Notes under the pieces: model-generated | Databases searched by the model: none | Told to the model about the DNA's origin: nothing | Seen by the model: only the letters and a program-made list of their open reading frames with translations | DNA from: Callorhinchus milii | Taxonomy: Eukaryota | DNA: 64,000 nucleotides | Assembly (NCBI RefSeq): GCF_018977255.1 | Contig: NW_024704742.1 | Span: 79,238,001-79,302,000, forward strand | Direction of reading: 5' to 3' | Shown: piece after piece, positions 49,951 to 63,275 of the stretch | How the letters are laid out: every line of letters starts with the position of its first letter | Position numbering within the stretch: the stretch's first letter is position 1 | Program-made: the position numbers and the translations under genes

Positions 49951-50844
49951 CTTTCTCCAGCTCAACGTACGCAAAACTGAGGCCCTCCTGATTGGCTCAC
50001 GTCAGCGCCTCCGCACCTCAGGCGCTGACAGCATCAGCATCCAAGGCTGCACTCTCCACCTCTCAAAGCCAGTCAGGAACCTCGGCGTTTTGTTCGACCC
50101 TGAGCTGTCCTTTCTCCCTCAAATCCGCACCACAACTGGCACCGCCTTCCATCACCTCCGGAACATCGCCAGACTACGGCACTACCTCACCCCTCACGCT
50201 GCTGAAACCCTGGTCCACGCCTTTGTCACCTCAAGGCTGGACTACGGAAACTCTCTCCTCGCCGGCCTTCCCGCCACCTCCCTCCACAAGCTGCAGGTCA
50301 TTCAGAACTCTGCAGCTCGTGTACTGTCCCGCACCAGGCTTCGGGACCACATCACTCCCACCCTCGCTCGCCTCCACTGGCTCCCCATCCCCCAGAGGAT
50401 CAAATTCAAGATCCTCATCCTCACCTACAAGGCTATTCACGGCCTTGCTCCCTCCTACCTCTCCGACCTACTATCCCCGTACCTACCCGCCCGTACCCTC
50501 CGTTCCTCTGGCTCCGGTCTGCTCCACATTCCCCGCCCCAACCGCCCTACTATCGGTGGCCGGGCCTTCAGCCTCTCAGCCCCGAGGCTCTGGAACTCTA
50601 TCCCCCAGTGCCTTCGCCGCCTCCTCCCTTTCCTCCTTCAAGGCCGGTCTCAAGACCTATCTCTTTGACCGAGCCTTCAGCTCCCCTCTCGACTCTCTAC
50701 TCCCACCTCGCTCCCTCCCTTCCCTCCCCTCACCCTGACCATTTCCCCCCTGCTCGGGTCCTGACCCAACTATACAGCGCCTTGGGACGTCCTCCTGACG
50801 TAAAAGGCGCTCAATAAATGGAATCTTGTTGTTGTTGTTGTTGT
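49951..50844 (+). mobile_element. Young 5'-truncated L2 LINE
   Basis: FLQLNVRKTEALLIG...VRNLGVLFDPELSF...HAFVTSRLDYGNSLLAGLP...LHWLPIPQRIKFK...LWNSIP. CpG-rich, with 3' stem-loop and (TTG)n. Confidence 0.96.
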
Positions 50845-51124
50845 GGTCTTTGCAAAATTTAAACTTTTAGGTTTTTTGGAAAGATGTACTCAGTGATTTT
50901 GAAGTAATTGCATTTTTTCAATCCCCAAAAAATGCAAGTCTTGAATTAAAAAAATTTTGAGCAGTTTATTTTCTATGTTTTAGAAATTGCATAGGGAGAA
51001 AGCGTTCTCAGCAGTAGTTGACTTCCACAATTGGTCTCAATGCCTCGGGTTACTGAGAGAAGAAATCTGTCAGTTTTACTACTCCAAACTGCTACCCAGA
51101 GATCCAAGCTTGAAGCAGTATGCA

Positions 51125-51780
51125 GGTGTTATCTACATTCATGTGGAAGTTTATCCAGTGTCTATGAATAACATCGCTGAGAGGGAGCATATAAAAATAA
51201 GGAAAAGAGGGCCAAGCATGTTTGCGATTACAAAGTGATGGTGGTTGGTTAAGTAGTACTCGAACCACAAAGGTGAATGAGGGAGAAGAAGCAATGGAGA
51301 AAGATGGTATGATTGACTTTCGAATACAGCGGCGAGGTCCAGGAGGCCAACAAAGCAGAGGGAGCCCTGGTCACAGAGAGAGGACATCATTTGTGACTTT
51401 GATGAGTGCTGTCTCTGTGTTGTGGGCAGCACAGAAGCCGGGTTGGAGGGGTTTGAGAAAGGAGAGATGAGAGAGAAGTTGATTCGCAACTGAACTTTGG
51501 CAAGGAAAGGCAAGTTAGAAATGGCTGGTAGTTTGTCAGGTTAGAGGGATTGAGGCTTGGGTTTTTTGAGGTGGACGTGATGACAGTGGTTTGGAGGGTG
51601 AATGGGATGGAGCCTGAGGAGAGGGACTGGTAGACTGTGTCTGTCAGCAAAGGGGCAGAGGAGAGGGAATTGAGTGACCAGCAGCTGGGTGTAGAGAGGG
51701 GCAACGGTAGGAGTTGTTACAGAAGGAATGGGTGATGTAGGAGGCGGTGGGGGGATGCTAGGGAATATGGGTGAAGAGGC
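51125..51780 (-). mobile_element. Old L2 RT-domain fragment
   Basis: Minus strand has LKKP.LNPSNLTNYQP, HSTETALIKVTND and LLDLAAVF. Confidence 0.8.
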
Positions 51781-52729
51781 ACTGTACTCACTATACAATA
51801 CAATCCACATTTACAAAGCGCTGTCTCAAAAAAGTGATATTGCTTTGCATTGTAAAGGCTAATGCATTAAAAAAGGACAATTTGATAGAATATATCGTGA
51901 AAATCGCAATGTGAGCGTTAACCTGCGCACTGAATTTATTGGTAGGTGGTTGGCAACTGTGGAATCGTATTCTCGGTGAAGAGGAAAAAAAGAAGTAAGT
52001 GAAATACGGTCAGGAGAGGAGAAGAATTGGAGGAAAAAAGTTGGCAAGACACAAAGATTTAGATCTCAAAGAAACAACAATACATCATTAAGCTTTTGTT
52101 TTACAGAGAAAATCTGGTATGATAAAACTCTTGCACTCAGTGATGTTAGCAAGATCAGTGGATAGAATCAATCGATTTTAACTTGCAGTCAGTAATCTTA
52201 TCCTGCATTCATAATCTAGGAAATGTAGTCTAACCATCAAAATTGATTTGATCAGCGTTATTCCACCATAGCATCATGTGAAGAGCACATAAGTCGACTT
52301 TGCGAAGCTAATGTTTATGCTCATCAGGATGAAGGAGGCCAGTATTGAGTAATGGAAAACTTTTATTTGTACCATAGAGTCAAAAGTCCTCCACACTGCC
52401 TCAACAAAAGCATTTACTCTCTACTTAATCAATTCACCTCACTGTCTCTGAAACTTTCTTAACAATGTTGTGCTGTGTCCTTGAGAATCTGCGTTCAGAC
52501 AGTATTCATTTCAGAATAGCCTCGGAATGCTATTAAGGAGATAAAATTTTCATTGTATCAGAGGTGCACCTTCAATATGTGCTCAGTTTCTTGAGGTGAG
52601 AAAAGAGTGCAGGAAAGTGCAGCAAGTCCTTGATCGGGACTTTTAGAAAGTGAACAGTGAAGTAATTTGTGCTTCTGACCAATATGATATCTGTGTTAAT
52701 GTCAATGTTGGAGCCAGGTCTTAGGATTC

Positions 52730-53060
52730 AATAACAACATTGTGCATTTATATAATGCCCTTCATGCGGGTTGAGTCTTGAACCGCATATGACAGCGGAG
52801 TAGTTTGACACCAAACTGCAAGGGAGGAGGTGGGGAGGGAAGTGTCCGAAGGCAAGATTGAGAACAAGGTCTTCAGGTGTGATTTAAAGATGGATAGAGA
52901 GGAGTCAAGATGGAAGGATTGAAGCAAGGAATTCCAGAGATTCGAGGCATATGGCTGAAAGCTTGGCTGCTAGTTTTGAAGCAGAGGCAACGGGGGATGT
53001 GTAGAAGACCTGAACCAGCTGAGTGAATGGGTTGAAGAGTGGGGTGTAAGCACACCAGCT
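52730..53060 (-). mobile_element. Old L2 3' fragment
   Basis: SAGSGLLHIPR..SQAFSH motif, (AAC) tail. Confidence 0.7.
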
Positions 53061-53728
53061 TAACTCAACTTTTAAAATGTTAGTTATCCAGTAAACTGGC
53101 ACTCAGATCTGTTCAAACCTGTGGGTGTTAAGTTCAAGGGCCGTTTTTAGGGTCAGCAACTATGATAAAGTTGGGTGGGGGGAGTACAGGGAAGATTGAC
53201 CTGTGGCCAGACCATCATTTGAGACATCAACGTCAATAAAGGTGTTTCTTTTGGTGAGGTAATTATTTTATCTCTAAAGCTAATCATCACATAACGCGTT
53301 ATATTGTAATATGACAAACAACCACTTATATTGATTTTGTGGTGGTCAGACAGGTGTTTGACACAAGTGGAATTTTATCAACATGCTTAAATGTATCCAA
53401 ACCAAACTGAGAGTTCCATATATATTTGCCATATATATGTGGGAATCCACGTATCTGGAGTGGAAGGCGCGCTCTCTCCCTGGAGGAACGCACCCCCCTT
53501 GCTTACCTAAGAGCCAAACCTTAGGGATCCTAGAGTGTGCATTGGGTAATTGCTGAAGTCTAACCAGCTAAAACTGCATAGCTTACCATTGAAAGTACTG
53601 ACTGGCAAACTTCCCAGTATAAGTCCCCAAAAGGGGATGAAAAGTAAAGCTCCTGACATTGACGAATATAACCAAAAGGGGGCAATAATCAACTTTTAGT
53701 TGAAAACTGCTTTAACAGGAATTCAAAG

Positions 53729-54100
53729 ATAATAATAATAATAATCCATGCATTTGATATTGGGATTTTCAAATCTTCTAGGCGTCTCAAAGGGCTTCAC
53801 AGAATATATTTCAAAGTGAATTGACTGTGTATTTGTAGGCAAAACATGACAGCCAATTGCGCACAGCAATGTCCCACAAACAATCATGGATTGAGTGACC
53901 AAATTATTATTTTTTTTGAGAGATTATTATGCCCGGAAAAATGATCCACCAATCGACTAACAAGCGGGTTCCTACTTACTGCTAGATAAACAGAGGCGTG
54001 TGGAGTAAGGAAACTTGCCCAACATTTTGCCCTACCGGGAATGGAACCCAGGTCTCTCACTTGCGAGGTGCGTGTTCTAACCATTGAGTTACAGAACTGC
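53729..54100 (-). mobile_element. Long-form family A SINE
   Basis: Extra ~65-nt segment at 53930-53996 relative to the short form. Confidence 0.85.
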
Positions 54101-55032
54101 CCAAGTTATATGCTAAGCCCAATGCACTGGGCATGGATCCCAAAGACCTTACTCAATGTCAAGGGATCTGGAGGCCAGACTCCTTTCCAACCTGAAATGT
54201 CACCTTGCTTTAGTCTGTAAAACTGTTTGATCTTAAAATTTAAGATTGTGCAGAATTGCAGAAAATTCTTAAATCTAGTCTCTACTTGAAACCGAATTTC
54301 CACAGTTCTCAAAATTAACTCAATTCCGCATCAGACCTAATCCAAGAATCTTGTACATTTGTGCAAGGCAAAATGATCTTACAGACCAAGCCAAGGAGGA
54401 ATTTCATACCTCTCATATGCATACTGTTTCACACTACTTCCTCAATGGGAATGGTCCCAATTAATGCCATTACTGTACTACAGCTCTGGGAATTTGAAAG
54501 AAAATTGCAATTGCAAACTGCAGCCTAAATACATCGATAAAATATAAACACGACTGTTTATTTCACACTACAACATTACGGCGCATCTTGCTGAAATATG
54601 GTAACTGCCTTTCTAATTCTGCTTCAGCTGGAAATTTAGTCCATTCAGCAGGCAATGGCTTATCTTGCACCCAACAAGCGACTCACAATTTAATGGTTTC
54701 AAGAAGCCAGATGCTACCTTCCTATCTGTACAGAACTTCAAATGTTAAGTCAGCAAAAAATAGCTTGTTGTGCTGAAATGCAGGGAATTATTGCTGCCGT
54801 GAAGAATGTTCTTCCTGTCACTGTTGTGGTAATGAAATGCTGAATAATATCTTGTACTCAAGTGGCTAAATTATCTTTGTGGTTGTTGGCAGTCGCAGCA
54901 GAGGAAATTACCCATCCAATATACAGCAAACAACTGGTCTGTGCCAGTCCTGTTTCACTTAGTCAATCTCATCTGGCACCTGATTGCCACAGTATATTTC
55001 TCATAACCCCAGATAAAACTGTGGTGTCAACC

Positions 55033-55330
55033 TGGCTGAGTTGGTAGCACTCTCGTCTCTGAGTTAGAGGTGTGGATTCAAGCCCCACATCAGGACTTGG
55101 CACTATTTGAAAAGAGGAGTTTCTCCCGGTGTTTTGACTAACAATCCCCCCAAATAAAATTGGTCACTCACTCCATGACTGTTTGTGGCACATTGCTGTA
55201 TGCACACTGGCTGCCGCATTTCACCCACAAAATACACAGTCAGAAAATACTTTACGGTAAATCCTGTGAAGTGTTTTAAGATGTCTCGATGACGTAATAG
55301 TGTGCGACATCAAATCATTGATTATTATTA
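55033..55330 (+). mobile_element. Family B SINE with internal deletion
   Basis: Head ...caggactt is joined to ggcactatttg, followed by the Deu part and tail. Confidence 0.72.
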
Positions 55331-55879
55331 TAAAACTGCCTATTCACTTCATAGCTGTGTGTGCAAATTGGCTGCAGAATTTGCCTATAAAAATACAGTC
55401 ACTACACTGTGAAGCACTTTGAGACATCCTCCCATTGTGAAAGACGCTGTATCAAAATCAAAGATTATTATAGGATTATTAACCTTTCAATCAGTGTCCA
55501 GTAACACACGCAGAAGCATAAACTCAAATTATTTAAATATCATAAATTAGCTCTTAGTTCTTACTTTACATACAGATAATCAAAAGTCTTCTTTTTATCT
55601 GGATTAAATGTCTTCCATTTCATTACATTAGATGTTAATTTTTATTTATGTGCTTTTTTCTTCCTGAACACATCCATAGTCCAGTTTGCACAGGTTTAAT
55701 CTTCAGACTCCAACAGTTTGGATATTTTATAATTCCCCTCAGACTGTCAGTTTAAATCAACTAATGAGGTTCAACATTAAAAATATAATCCTTTACTGCA
55801 CACTATTTCAACAACATAGTCAAATTTGTGGCATTCCTGAACGCGTTCCATTCCTTATGTAAGGAATGTGTTTAGGGAT

Positions 55880-55894
55880 ACCAGCAGGTGGCGA
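55880..55894 (+). promoter_or_regulatory. CTCF-like motif
   Basis: ACCAGCAGGTGGCGA matches the CCASYAGRKGGCR core in non-repetitive sequence. Confidence 0.45.
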
Positions 55895-56049
55895 TCCTGT
55901 TCAGGGGAGTATTTTGCTCCACTGAAGATCTGAACACTGCCATTTTAATTTTACCTTGGGGTGCATTGGTCTAAATATGCAAAATAGAATTGCTAATCCC
56001 AATAAATCTCTATGTTACTTTTGGTCTTTAATATTGCTCTCACAAGGTT

Positions 56050-56395
56050 TACAATACATCACAAATTTACATTTATACATTATCTTTCGCATTGGTAGGA
56101 TGTCCCAAAGCTCTTAACAATCGTGGTCTGGCACCTGAGCTGGGAGTGGCAGCAAACAAGGGGTAGGGAGGGGAACGATAACTGAAAGCACAGTCAAAGA
56201 GGTAGGTTTTGAGATGGATCTTGTACTAGGTAAGAAAGGGAAAGAGTCAGGGGGATTGCGTGATGGATTGCAGATAGGTTGAAAGCCTGGCCACTGATGG
56301 TGAGGAGCGTAGGGTTGGGACATGTAGCAGGCCACTGCCTGCTGAGTGAAGGGAGCAGCTGGGTCAGTAAGGATTACGTGGCTCGGAGGCCTGAG
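56050..56395 (-). mobile_element. Old L2 3' fragment
   Basis: Tail atttacatttatac...ggatgtcccaaagc and a purine-rich body. Confidence 0.6.
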
Positions 56396-57734
56396 AATAC
56401 TGCTTTCCCAAGCTAAAAAAAGTACTTTCAGCAAATGACCTGGAGGCTTCTAGTCCGGTTCATCTGATCACTAAAAGTACATTTCTAGCCTAGAAAAGCT
56501 CTCACAACATTAAACCCTGGGAAAGTGATTAACAAAAAACCCTCAAAGAAGTAGAGGCGGAGATTGCCTGGCGGGGGTACTTTAGAAGAAAATTTGAGAT
56601 AATGGACATTTGCTTAAGAGCTCCCATGAATTAATCTAATCAATTAATTTATGGCATAAATCAAGAAATATTCAATCAAAAATACTTATTTTGTTGGTTG
56701 ACCATAAAAGTTGCCCACCACTGTGTTAAGGGGTGTGGTGAAAGAGTAGGGCATTGGGATTAAAAGATCTGTCACTATCTAATAAACAGGTGGAACAGGC
56801 TTGATGGGCTGAATGGCCTCTTCCCGGACCCATTATCCTGAGTTCCTTTGCATGTCATTGTTTTAAGCATTCCGAGATAATGCCCCATCTGAAATGCGCT
56901 ATATAAATGTTAGTTGTTGTTGTTGTTTCTGTTGGTGTGTTTGTGTTTATATGTGTGTGAGAGAGATCAAGATACAGAGAGAGAGTGGGATGATGAGCAG
57001 GTAAAAAAAAATCAAGAAACAGGAATACAAATGTCTACTTACATACAAGATTTAATTTAAATTCCTTAGCACGGATCCCAAATTAGAAATCCCATCACAT
57101 TCGCTTAAGCACATTTTTGCCTCTGACAACCATTATACAGCTCATGGCCAGTCTGTCAATAATAGCAGCAGCGCCAGAATTATTTATAAGGAACATATTA
57201 ACATTAAAAGATAAAAATTACTTGGAGGATCAAAATCTGACAGAGAAATATGGCTACATATGTGCAAATAAATTCATCCCTAGTCGTAAGAGGCGGGGGG
57301 ATCATCCCAATAATGACAATTATTGAGTGTGTGAATGGCTGGGATTTATTTTACACTGATATTGATGTAGGTAATGGCTTGAACAGAGAGCCCTGACAAA
57401 TCAGTTTCAATGTGTCTGATTATCTGCTCCAAATGAAGGGCTGTGACTCTTTTGTGACTTGGTTGTTGCTGTGGAAACAGAACCATTGCCAGTGTCTTTC
57501 GTTTTCTTCCAGCTGGTCAATTTGGGAACCATCTCTGGAGGATCTCAACTTTTCAGTATAGTCTTTAATTAGAGTAATTTAGCTGGATTTCACTTTTAGC
57601 CATTTCTTTTATGCAATGGATCTTTCACCTCTTCCTGCCAGCTTGCCTCTTTTCACTCATCTTCTGCACTGCTCTAAGACTCAATGGGCTGAATGATCTC
57701 CTTCTGCGGTTACATGTTTATGACTGTATGACTC

Positions 57735-58007
57735 TGCTTGTCCCCCATCTTTCGTTGCACCCTCATCACTGGCAAAGCCTTCAGATTCTAAGCCCCATAC
57801 CTCTGGAGGTTCCTCCATCTACTCCTCTGTTTCGTGACCCCTCTAAGTTTCTCTTTAAGTCTCATCTCAAAACTTAACTCTTCAAATGTGCCTAGGGCAA
57901 CTTCCCTCATCCCACCTCTCCATTCTCCCTTGCTTGGTGCATCCTTGTAAAGTATTCCAAGATGTTACTCTATGTGAAGGACGCTGTATAAATGAAAGTT
58001 GTTGTTG
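57735..58007 (+). mobile_element. Old L2 3' fragment
   Basis: ggcaaagccttcag...ctctgg...ctcaaaac...gtgaaggacgctgtataaatgaaa(gtt)n. Confidence 0.6.
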
Positions 58008-60040
58008 CCTCCTACTGAAGACAAGAAATCAGATCAAGATTTCCCAATCTGAAGTCATGCAGAAAATCAATCAATGGTTTGGGCCAAAGACATCCTATCA
58101 ACTGAAGTTCTGACCTGCATTTTTACTGCTAAAGAATTCTGAGACCAGAATTTTTGCAGGGACTGGAAGAACCTTGGACAAAATCTGTTAGTATCTAAAC
58201 CTTAGGGATAATGCAGTGAATTTTGTTTGCTCCTGATAGTAGTTTCCTGATCTGGATCACGCAATTTTTTAAAATTACATTGAAGAGCAGGCAAATCCTT
58301 CAATTCAAGGATAAAGATTGATCATTTCTATCTTGTACAACTCATTTATACCCAAAGACGTGGGTATAGAAGCATGTGGTCCAGCCAGTATTAGTGATCT
58401 ATGTTCAGGTAACCGTTTGTCTTAGTCACCTGCCTGACTGTGAGGGGAAGGGGAAAAAAATAATCAGCCACGGTCCCTATTTCAGAAGCTCAAACTACCG
58501 TCCAGTCTTAACCTATAAATAATCTTAAAATTTAAGAATCACAGAATTATGGAAAATTCTTAAATTCAGGCTCACATTGGTTTCCCACAGTTTTTATTAA
58601 CGAAAACAGTTTCTGAATTAAGACTGAATTTAAGATTGTTGCATAATTCTGCCCCATCTTAATCATTAAAACAGAATTGTCTGACATACTACAACCAGAC
58701 AGAACCTCGAGCCTCTTACATCTAACCTCTCTGTGGAAAATGCATCTGTATGAATGTTGAGAGAGGATAGGATCTTCTTTGGTTCAATAGCTCTGATATA
58801 CTTTTTGAGCTCACAATGAAGAACAAGGAGCTATTGAAGAGTTGCCATGACCCTTGGATCTGTATCCTGGGATTTAGTGCCTCCAGACTAAGAGGAGACA
58901 AAATTGATAAAACGAGAAAAATATTTTTCAAAAATGGCAATATTACAACTGGGGTTGACAACGTGCTAATCAGAAACCAAATTTCACTGTGTTGAAAGCA
59001 ATTTTCAGTTTGTGAATGAACTTGTGGGATTCACTGCAAAATTTTAAATCAGGAAAAAATCGAGATGTAAAAGCCTAGAGAAGGTCATTTTGTGGCTAGC
59101 ATTTAGATCTCTGACCCCAATATTGTTTTTTTCAGAATCCTCAAAGCAAAAGGCCAACTGTAATCCCAAACCAGAAGTCACTATCAGTGCTGTTACACTC
59201 GGTTTACAAATATTGTGTTATAAACTCCAATATCAATTTATTCAAAATTATTGCTTTCTTCATTCACTCAAGTCTGACGAGTAGCAACACACATTCTCAT
59301 TGTGTATGTCATTGCCCCTGTAATTTTACAAAGCCATTAAAATGTAATTGAATTAATATATAAGTGGTCGTTAATGATACATTATATAGTAAAGCCCCAG
59401 TTAAAATACATCCTAGCTTATATTTTCCAATCTTAAAGATGTGCATTCTTCCCTGAGCGGATGTGCCAGCCCACTTCCTCTTCTGCATTAAGCTCACACA
59501 AATAATTGAAGGACAATTTTATTATCCCTGCTGCAGAGGAAATGGATTTCAGCATACGTATTTATCCCACAAGTATAATAGAGTAACCTATGTTGTGTTA
59601 CTGTTATCCAGGGATCTGACTGTATGCTATGTTAGACAGTATTACAATTGAACAGTTCTCTTAAAGCAGCCATTACAGCCTGTCTGTCTGCAGAATAACA
59701 TATTACAGTCTGCCTTCACCTCAGTGCAGTACTGACTGTGCTGTGCCACTCAAAGAAAAACTAATTTCATAGTAATTATACTGCACTTTGGAGCCCTAGT
59801 TGGGAAGTAACTTGATTTAGTCCTGAATCTTTTTACAGACCACCCCACCCCCCTAAAGCCAATAACAGCTCAACTAGTAAAATTGCATCAGTTTCAAAGA
59901 ACTGTGGGACTCTGCCCTGCATGAGGGGTGTTATATAAATGCAAATTGTGTTGTTGCTGTTGAATTATCCCAGCCAGGATGGCAGAAGGGTACTTGCAAA
60001 TAGCTGACAATGATATTGTCAGTTTCTGTGAGTAAAATTG

Positions 60041-60451
60041 GTCATTCGGTCTCAAAATGTCATGGAGACAGCGAGCAGAGAAACATATTTCCAAGTTATT
60101 TTAAACAGCAGATAAATTAAAGATGTTTTGGAAGAGAGTTCCAGAAAGTAGGAGCATAGTTACTGAGAACATGGGCATTTACTGTCCTTGGTGTCTCCAT
60201 GGCAAAACAAGCTTGTGTCAGCCTGGCTCTGTTCATAACATTTTTGTCATTCGGTCTCAAAATGTCATGGAGACAGCGAGCAGAGAAACATATTTCCAAG
60301 TTATTTTAAACAGCAGATAAATTAAAGATGTTTTGGAAGAGAGTTCCAGAAAGTAGGAGCATAGTTACTGAGAACATGGGCATTTACTGTCCTTGGTATC
60401 TCCATGGCAAAACAAGCTTGTGTCAGCCTGGCTCTGTTCATAACATTTTTG
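60041..60451. repeat. 205-bp direct tandem duplication
   Basis: Copies start at 60041 and 60246 and differ at one position (60193 G vs 60398 A). Confidence 0.97.
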
Positions 60452-61309
60452 CTGTGTGCAACTGTGCCGTCGCATTTGGCTGCAAACACAGAATCACTCC
60501 ACTTCACATTAAATCCTGTGAAGTGCCTAGGGAGGTCCTCCTGACTTGAAATACAAGGAATATTATTATTACTGGTAACTCATGTCATTCAATGTAAACC
60601 TCATGAAAGGAGACACAAACCATTACCTCACTGTGCAGCATTGCAGCTACAGTAGCTCATAAAGTCACTACAACACCAGAAGGCCAGCCTAAAAGTAACC
60701 GCACCTTTCCCTTGCTTCTTCTGCTGTTCACAAGAAAACAGTGTCAAGACTAAGCAGATTTGCTTTTTTGTGGTTCTGACGCAGCTTCACAGGAATGCAG
60801 TGGCAGCTTTAGGGAAGTTAAAATATAATAGTTATTTTTAAGAAGGAAGTCTTCTTCATCTCCTGATTCTGTCAGTGGAGTTTACTAGAGTACTAACAAC
60901 CCACAGGAAAAACCTAGTTATTTGATGTTGGAATGGTCCCAGCTCATTGAGTGCCAGAATGCTACCCTGAATTACACAGAATATAAGGTCAAGATTTAGG
61001 TTGCTATAGCTACTTCCTGCAGTGAAGAAGCTCCAGACACAGATAATACAGGTGAGCTAAACCACTCATTCAATATAAAAAAAATATAAGACAACCATCA
61101 ATTATATCCAGTCCCAAACATCCACGAACAAAAGAAATCCTTTGAGATTTAGCTTTTCATTGATACACAATATGCATCATCTAATGGACTGGGGAAAATG
61201 AGTGTGGAGTCGTGGGGGTATGACTGTTGCTTACCTCCATCGCAATTCACTCAACTCCGCCACCTGTTTTCAAGTTTTGTACTGATCATAAATATAATTA
61301 GAAGGTTGT

Positions 61310-61700
61310 GTGATGAAGTCCCACATTGGGACTTTTAATTTACAAAGGCCAGCCTGATACTCCTGTACAGTGCTGTGGTTGCACTGCATTGTTGGATGTG
61401 CTATGCTTCGGATGAGACGTTAAACCGAGGTCCCATCTGCCTATTCCAATGGATGTTAAAGATACCATGATGTGATTCACAAAGAGAAGAGAGTTTATTC
61501 CAGTGTCCTGACCAACAATCCCAAGGATAAAATTGATTATTCACTTTATGGCCTTTTGTAGGACATTGCTGTGTGCAAATTGGTTGCCACGCTTACAAAA
61601 TGCACAATCACTACACTTTATAATAAATCCCATGAAGCAAATGAGGCCTACTTCTGATATCAAAGAAGCCTTATCAAATGCAAGAATTTAAAAATATATA
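61310..61700 (+). mobile_element. Family B SINE
   Basis: gatgagacgttaaaccgaggtcccatctgcc body and Deu part. Confidence 0.75.
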
Positions 61701-61748
61701 TTATATAATACTAATAATTCTGTATACCACCTTATCATGGCAGAAACA

Positions 61749-62125
61749 TAATAATAATAAATAATAATAATCCTTGCATTTGATATAGCGCTTTTCACTT
61801 CTTCTAGACATCTCAAAGCCCTTCACAGAATAGACTGTAAAGTGAATTGACTGTATATTCGCAGGTGAAACGCATCTCAAGGCACTTCACAGAATGTGAA
61901 ATGGAGTTACTATATATTTGTAGGCAAATGCGACAGCACAATTGTGTACAGCAATATCCCACAAACAGCCATGAAATGAACGATCAATTTTATTTGGGGA
62001 ATTGTTAGCCAGGACACCAGGAGAAACTCTCTTTTCTTTTTGAATGCCTTCTCTTGCTATGGGTTCACCTGAACAGGCAGATGGCACCTTGGATAACATC
62101 TCATCTGATGGATGGCACCTTCGAT
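61749..62125 (-). mobile_element. Family A 3' fragment (61749-61872) abutting a family B SINE (61873-62125)
   Basis: Two successive tail regions in the same orientation. Confidence 0.7.
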
Positions 62126-62819
62126 ATTGTATACCCATCAAGTTTATTAATTGAATTTTTTAATTCTACCTTCAGAATCCATTGGACAACTTCAATATTC
62201 TTGTCCTCGTCCTCCTCCACAGTCAGGGTCCTGAATAATATATTTGCCCAAGGGCCTGCGCAGCATTTCTGAATATAACAACCTCCTTAGCACGCCACAC
62301 AACACTGCTAAAAGAGATACCTGCTGGAAGAGATTTACAGGCAAGAACATAGTGAGGTTGAATGAATATGATTGCTGGGGGAGCAATGAAGGGAGTACAT
62401 CTATAGGTCTTTATTTTAGCCAATACTCATAATAATGGATAGGAGGCATTCAATGGAAGCTATGTTATCTGATCTGGCCGAAAAACAGTAGGATTTGGAA
62501 ATGCCAGTTCCAAAGTGTTTGAATCACATTTAACAAAGATACAAGCACTTACAGAGCCTTATAATGCTGTGCTGGGCAGAAATTCAGTCGTAAGACAAAC
62601 AGTGCATGAGGATGTTCTTGACAAAGATGTATGTGCTGCAGAAATCACAGTCATTCGAAGGCTAGGAGGATAACTTTCGGTACAGTATTTCTGCCAGTTG
62701 GAAGTGTGATGTATTCGAAACGCTGTGGGCAGAAAATGGATTGAGAAATGTGGTGGTGATGTGATCACTTTTATCAGTGATGTTTATCACACCACATCAA
62801 GCGCCATCCACCTCAATTT

Positions 62820-63275
62820 TGGCTCAGTTGGTAGCACTTTCACTTCTGACTCAGAAAGTTGTGGTGTTGAAGCCCCACATCAAGTCTTGGAAATCATACA
62901 GTCTAAACTGGCATTCCAATGCAGTGCTGTGGGTGTGTTGCACTGTGGAGGATGGATTTAACCTGTCCTTTGGATGAGGTGTTAAATCAAGGCTCTGAGG
63001 CCTGTTCAGGTGGGTGTTAAGGAACCTATGGCACTATTCAAAAAGAGAAGGGGGGGTTCTCCCAGTGTCCTGGCAAGGATCCCCAAAATAAAATTAGTGA
63101 TAAAATCACTCACTTCACAGCTGTCTGTGGGACATTGCCGTGTGCAAGTTGGCTGTTGTGTTTGCCCGCTAAACACACAGTCCCTATGCTTTACCATATA
63201 TATTGTGAAGCATTTGGGGATGTCTTGTCAACGTGAAGGGTGCTATACCAAATGTAATTATTATTATTATTAATA
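62820..63275 (+). mobile_element. Family B SINE, full length
   Basis: ggctcagttggtagcact head through the Deu part to (ATT)n. Confidence 0.8.

Noticed and set aside
61023..61051. 29-nt plus-strand micro-exon (cttcctgcag ... CAG|GTGAGC)
   Set aside because: Not frame-preserving, opposite strand to the better exon candidate, and could arise by chance
62160..62790. Coding-like stretch (TLTVEEDEDKNIEVVQWILK on minus; KWIEKCGG on plus)
   Set aside because: Frames are interrupted, the donor is weak and no family could be assigned. A BLASTx search would be needed.
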